From a virus, in the IMG/VR virus record IMGVR_UViG_3300037258_000514, positions 96,001-160,000 of that record: DNA of 64,000 nucleotides, one strand, 5' to 3'. The position numbers and the translations under genes were made by a program. Positions 61,174 through 64,000 of the stretch are shown in pieces. How positions within the stretch are numbered: the stretch's first letter is position 1; each line of letters begins with the position of its first letter. The notes beneath the pieces were generated by a model. The model worked only from the letters and a program-made list of their open reading frames with translations. It was not told the DNA's origin and did no database searches.

Positions 61174-61827
61174 ATGCAATTATATTCTTTACAGATGCCG
61201 ACTCTAACTCAAACTAGTGTAGTAAAGATTAATAAAGATATTCTTAACGTTAATCTTACCCCGTATAGAGAATATTTGTCATGGAACACTGCTGCTGAGA
61301 AATGGTTCGTTGAAGAAACGCAATACAAGTTACTTAACTTTGTAGCAAAACAAATTGCATTATTTCCTCATATTATAGAAACTTCGCCCTATATAGCAGA
61401 TTTAGGAACTCTATATGGAGCATCTGCTCTAGCGCTCGGAGCAGATAATCCTCATTCATATATTAGAACATACGATATTATAAATCACATTCCTGCCGGC
61501 GAACTTTCATGTAAAGATCTTGGAAATATTGCAGTTGTTCATGCTGATTGCTTACTTCACATAAATGAATTTACAGATGCTGATTTAATCCACTTAGACA
61601 TTGATCCGCATGATGGTATTCAGGAACAGAGGCTTTTAGACCTACTTATCCGTAACGATTTTAAAGGCTTACTTATTTGCGATGATATTCACCTTTCAGC
61701 ATCAATGGAAAGTTTTTGGGATAGAATCAATCTGAAGAAGTTTGATATTACGCACTTAGGACATTGGTCTGGAACAGGAATAGTTGTATTTAACGATAAA
61801 GTACTTGATGTTGAAATAGAGAAATGA
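61174..61827 (+). CDS. class I SAM-dependent methyltransferase (Methyltransf_24-like)
   Basis: ADLGTLYGASALAL, LIHLDIDPHDG..E, ICDDI, GTGIV. Confidence 0.78.
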   Translation: MQLYSLQMPTLTQTSVVKINKDILNVNLTPYREYLSWNTAAEKWFVEETQYKLLNFVAKQIALFPHIIETSPYIADLGTLYGASALALGADNPHSYIRTYDIINHIPAGELSCKDLGNIAVVHADCLLHINEFTDADLIHLDIDPHDGIQEQRLLDLLIRNDFKGLLICDDIHLSASMESFWDRINLKKFDITHLGHWSGTGIVVFNDKVLDVEIEK

Positions 61828-62465
61828 GTTCATCAAAAGCATCAATAGTATCCATCTACATGGATAACATTCCTGTAGATGTTGTTGAATATCAACGAAG
61901 ATGTGTAACTAAATTTCTTCCTGAAGGTTGGATATTTACACAGTATAAACATACAACAGGAAATTATTCACATCCAGCGGCACTTGAAAAGTGTTTAGCT
62001 AATTGTGAAACAGATGTCGTAGTTTTTCTTGATATTGATTGTATACCGCTTAACAAACAAGCTTTAATTACACTCGAAGATAGAGCAAGCAAAGGTATAC
62101 TAGTAGGTGCCGTTCAAAGAGCAAATCATCTTCAAAACGACGAGCATATTTATGTTGGACCATCGTGTCTAGCTTTTTCAAGATCGAAATACTATGATCT
62201 TGGAAGTCCGTCGTTTCACGAGACGTTAAGAGGCGACGTTGGAGAAGAACTTACTTACAGATGGCAGGAAAGTGGTGCTCCTGTTTTCTTCTTATGGCCT
62301 ACAAATGTTCAGCGCCCGATGTGGTTATTGAATAATAGACAAAGTTTTGGTTACGGCACGACGTTCGGAAATATGTTTTATCACGCATTTTGTATTCGCG
62401 AGAATACAACGTATTTCATATCAAAATGTATTGAGATTTTAAATTCGAAGAAGGAGATGGTATGA
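61824..62465 (+). CDS. GT-A-like glycosyltransferase/nucleotide-sugar protein
   Basis: VFLDIDCIPL DxD motif; RGDVGE. Confidence 0.65.
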   Translation: MSSSKASIVSIYMDNIPVDVVEYQRRCVTKFLPEGWIFTQYKHTTGNYSHPAALEKCLANCETDVVVFLDIDCIPLNKQALITLEDRASKGILVGAVQRANHLQNDEHIYVGPSCLAFSRSKYYDLGSPSFHETLRGDVGEELTYRWQESGAPVFFLWPTNVQRPMWLLNNRQSFGYGTTFGNMFYHAFCIRENTTYFISKCIEILNSKKEMV

Positions 62466-64000
62466 GCAATAGACCTGTCACTATTGTTGCGTTAACGAAG
62501 TACGCAGAAGTATTAAAAGGGTTTGTAGAATCAGTAGAAAAATTCTGTCCCGGTATTCCAAGAATATTAGTAACAGACGGACTTCACTATGAAAAAGCAT
62601 TTAATATTAATGCTTCTCAAGTTACAGGCGTTTGGAATTTTATCCCCGGACCAGAGAAGTTCTCGATGGCCGGGAACGGAAACCTAGGCTTAAAAGCCGT
62701 TCCTAACGATCATGATATTCTATATTGTGGTGATGATATAAGATTCTTGGAAGAGAATACAATAGAACGGCTGCAAGAAATTGCTTATAAAGACGAGACT
62801 GTTGGTCTTCTATCGCCTAGACTTATGGGACGAGCAAGTCCAACACTTGCAAATCCGAAATTTGAAATTACATTTGTTAGACCGCTTGAGATGTGGTTCC
62901 CTTGTATTTATATCAAGCGTGAAGTTTTAAATAAAGTTGGTTATTTAGATGAACGGTTTTCGGATTTTGGTTCAGATGATTTAGACTATTGTATTCGCAC
63001 GCTACTTGCAGGATATTCGCTAGCAGCGACGCCTCGTGTTGTTGTTCAACATGACGCAAGTCCTGAGGGCGGCCCCACAACATTTGTTAAGAACATTGGG
63101 ATGGATAAGTGGGTTGCGCAAGAAAAAGAATCCTATGCGAAAATTAAAAACAAGTATGGTGTAGATACAAAAACATTTAATGAATTTCTTTCGACGGGTA
63201 ATCTAGAACTTCTAAAGACAAATGCTGTTGCTCAGATGCAAATTCCTGATGCTGTCAAGGAAAAGGCACGTGAAAATATAAAAGGACGTAGTTTGTACAT
63301 AGCCACCCCTGCTTATGGTGGTATTATGACTACAAACTATGTGGAGTCTTTATTAGGACTTCTTAACCTTTGTACTAACATGGGTATTTTTTACGAACTT
63401 GGGTTTGTTCGCAATGAGAGTCTTATTACGCGCGCACGTAATAAGATGGTAGATGGTTTCATGCGCAAGAGTAAATGCACTGATTTTGTGTTTATCGATG
63501 CTGATATAGGTTTTGATCCGCGCGGTGTTCTTTCACTTCTTCTTTATAATGAGGGTGTGATTGGAGCGCCCTGCGTTAGAAAGAATTTGCGTCTAGATAG
63601 AGTCGTAAGAGCTGCACGAAGCAATCCTGATAAGAACTATACGCAGGATGAACTTGAATTACTATGCGGTGAATTTGTACTTAACTTTCATCCTGATAAC
63701 ACGCCTTCTTCAATTCAACTCGGGTGTTTACTTGAAGTGAAAGATAGTGGCACAGGAATTATGCGGATTAGGCGCGAAGTGTTTGAAAAATTTAGAGAAC
63801 ATTACCCTGAGAAAATGTATGAACCCGCTCATGGTGAAGATGGCGATCCAATCTCGCCTATGTGCATGTATTTCCAAGCTGACCTTGATCCGGATAGTGC
63901 TAAATACACTACCAGTGGTCTACCTATTTATATTAGTGAGGATTATGGTTTCTGTCGCGATTGTCGTAATATGGGAACTAAAATTTACATCGCGCCTTGG
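62462..64000 (+). CDS. double glycosyltransferase fusion (partial, runs off window)
   Basis: Domain 1: GDD, GYLDERF..FGSDD.DY; domain 2: LYIATPAYGG, ESLITRARN, FIDADI, SEDYGFC. Confidence 0.8.
   Translation, partial: MSNRPVTIVALTKYAEVLKGFVESVEKFCPGIPRILVTDGLHYEKAFNINASQVTGVWNFIPGPEKFSMAGNGNLGLKAVPNDHDILYCGDDIRFLEENTIERLQEIAYKDETVGLLSPRLMGRASPTLANPKFEITFVRPLEMWFPCIYIKREVLNKVGYLDERFSDFGSDDLDYCIRTLLAGYSLAATPRVVVQHDASPEGGPTTFVKNIGMDKWVAQEKESYAKIKNKYGVDTKTFNEFLSTGNLELLKTNAVAQMQIPDAVKEKARENIKGRSLYIATPAYGGIMTTNYVESLLGLLNLCTNMGIFYELGFVRNESLITRARNKMVDGFMRKSKCTDFVFIDADIGFDPRGVLSLLLYNEGVIGAPCVRKNLRLDRVVRAARSNPDKNYTQDELELLCGEFVLNFHPDNTPSSIQLGCLLEVKDSGTGIMRIRREVFEKFREHYPEKMYEPAHGEDGDPISPMCMYFQADLDPDSAKYTTSGLPIYISEDYGFCRDCRNMGTKIYIAPW

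Noticed and set aside
1-64000. Genome-wide stop-codon reassignment
   Set aside because: Long conserved genes are intact in the standard code, and TGA and TAG end many coupled genes; only one TGA shows readthrough evidence

Overview
This is a 64 kb segment of a large tailed dsDNA phage genome read in the standard genetic code, and the host is probably an Acidobacterium (inferred from the GroES, Ro60 and AQKARW-motif proteins). From 1 to about 53.2 kb transcription is almost entirely on the minus strand. That arm holds a tRNA cluster (Trp, Asp, 2x Gln, Glu) with two HNH genes, then a Ro60/TROVE-GroES operon interleaved with five Y-RNA-like ncRNAs sharing one scaffold. Further on are a Prs-like + Nampt-like pair (NARP1-type NAD+ module), rIIA/rIIB, a SNF2 helicase, a DUF3150/DUF2997/DUF1257/Ycf46-like AAA module and about 100 small early-type ORFs. 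A repeat-rich, GATC-free strand-switch region (50-53.8 kb) may be the genome end or the first-injected DNA. The plus-strand arm (53.6-64 kb) carries HTH regulators, terminase small and large subunits and a glycosyltransferase/methyltransferase cluster. The best novel candidates are: (1) a 90-codon ORF missed by the ORF track, with an in-frame TGA followed by a bacterial-SECIS-like hairpin (candidate phage selenoprotein); (2) the modular Y-RNA array, one member of which holds a complete circularly permuted tRNA with internal CCA; (3) five neighbouring unrelated proteins sharing the C-terminal tag Rx[IV]R[LF][ED]D; (4) an AAA+ ATPase with Walker B before Walker A. All family assignments come from motif recognition by eye, and no searches were run.
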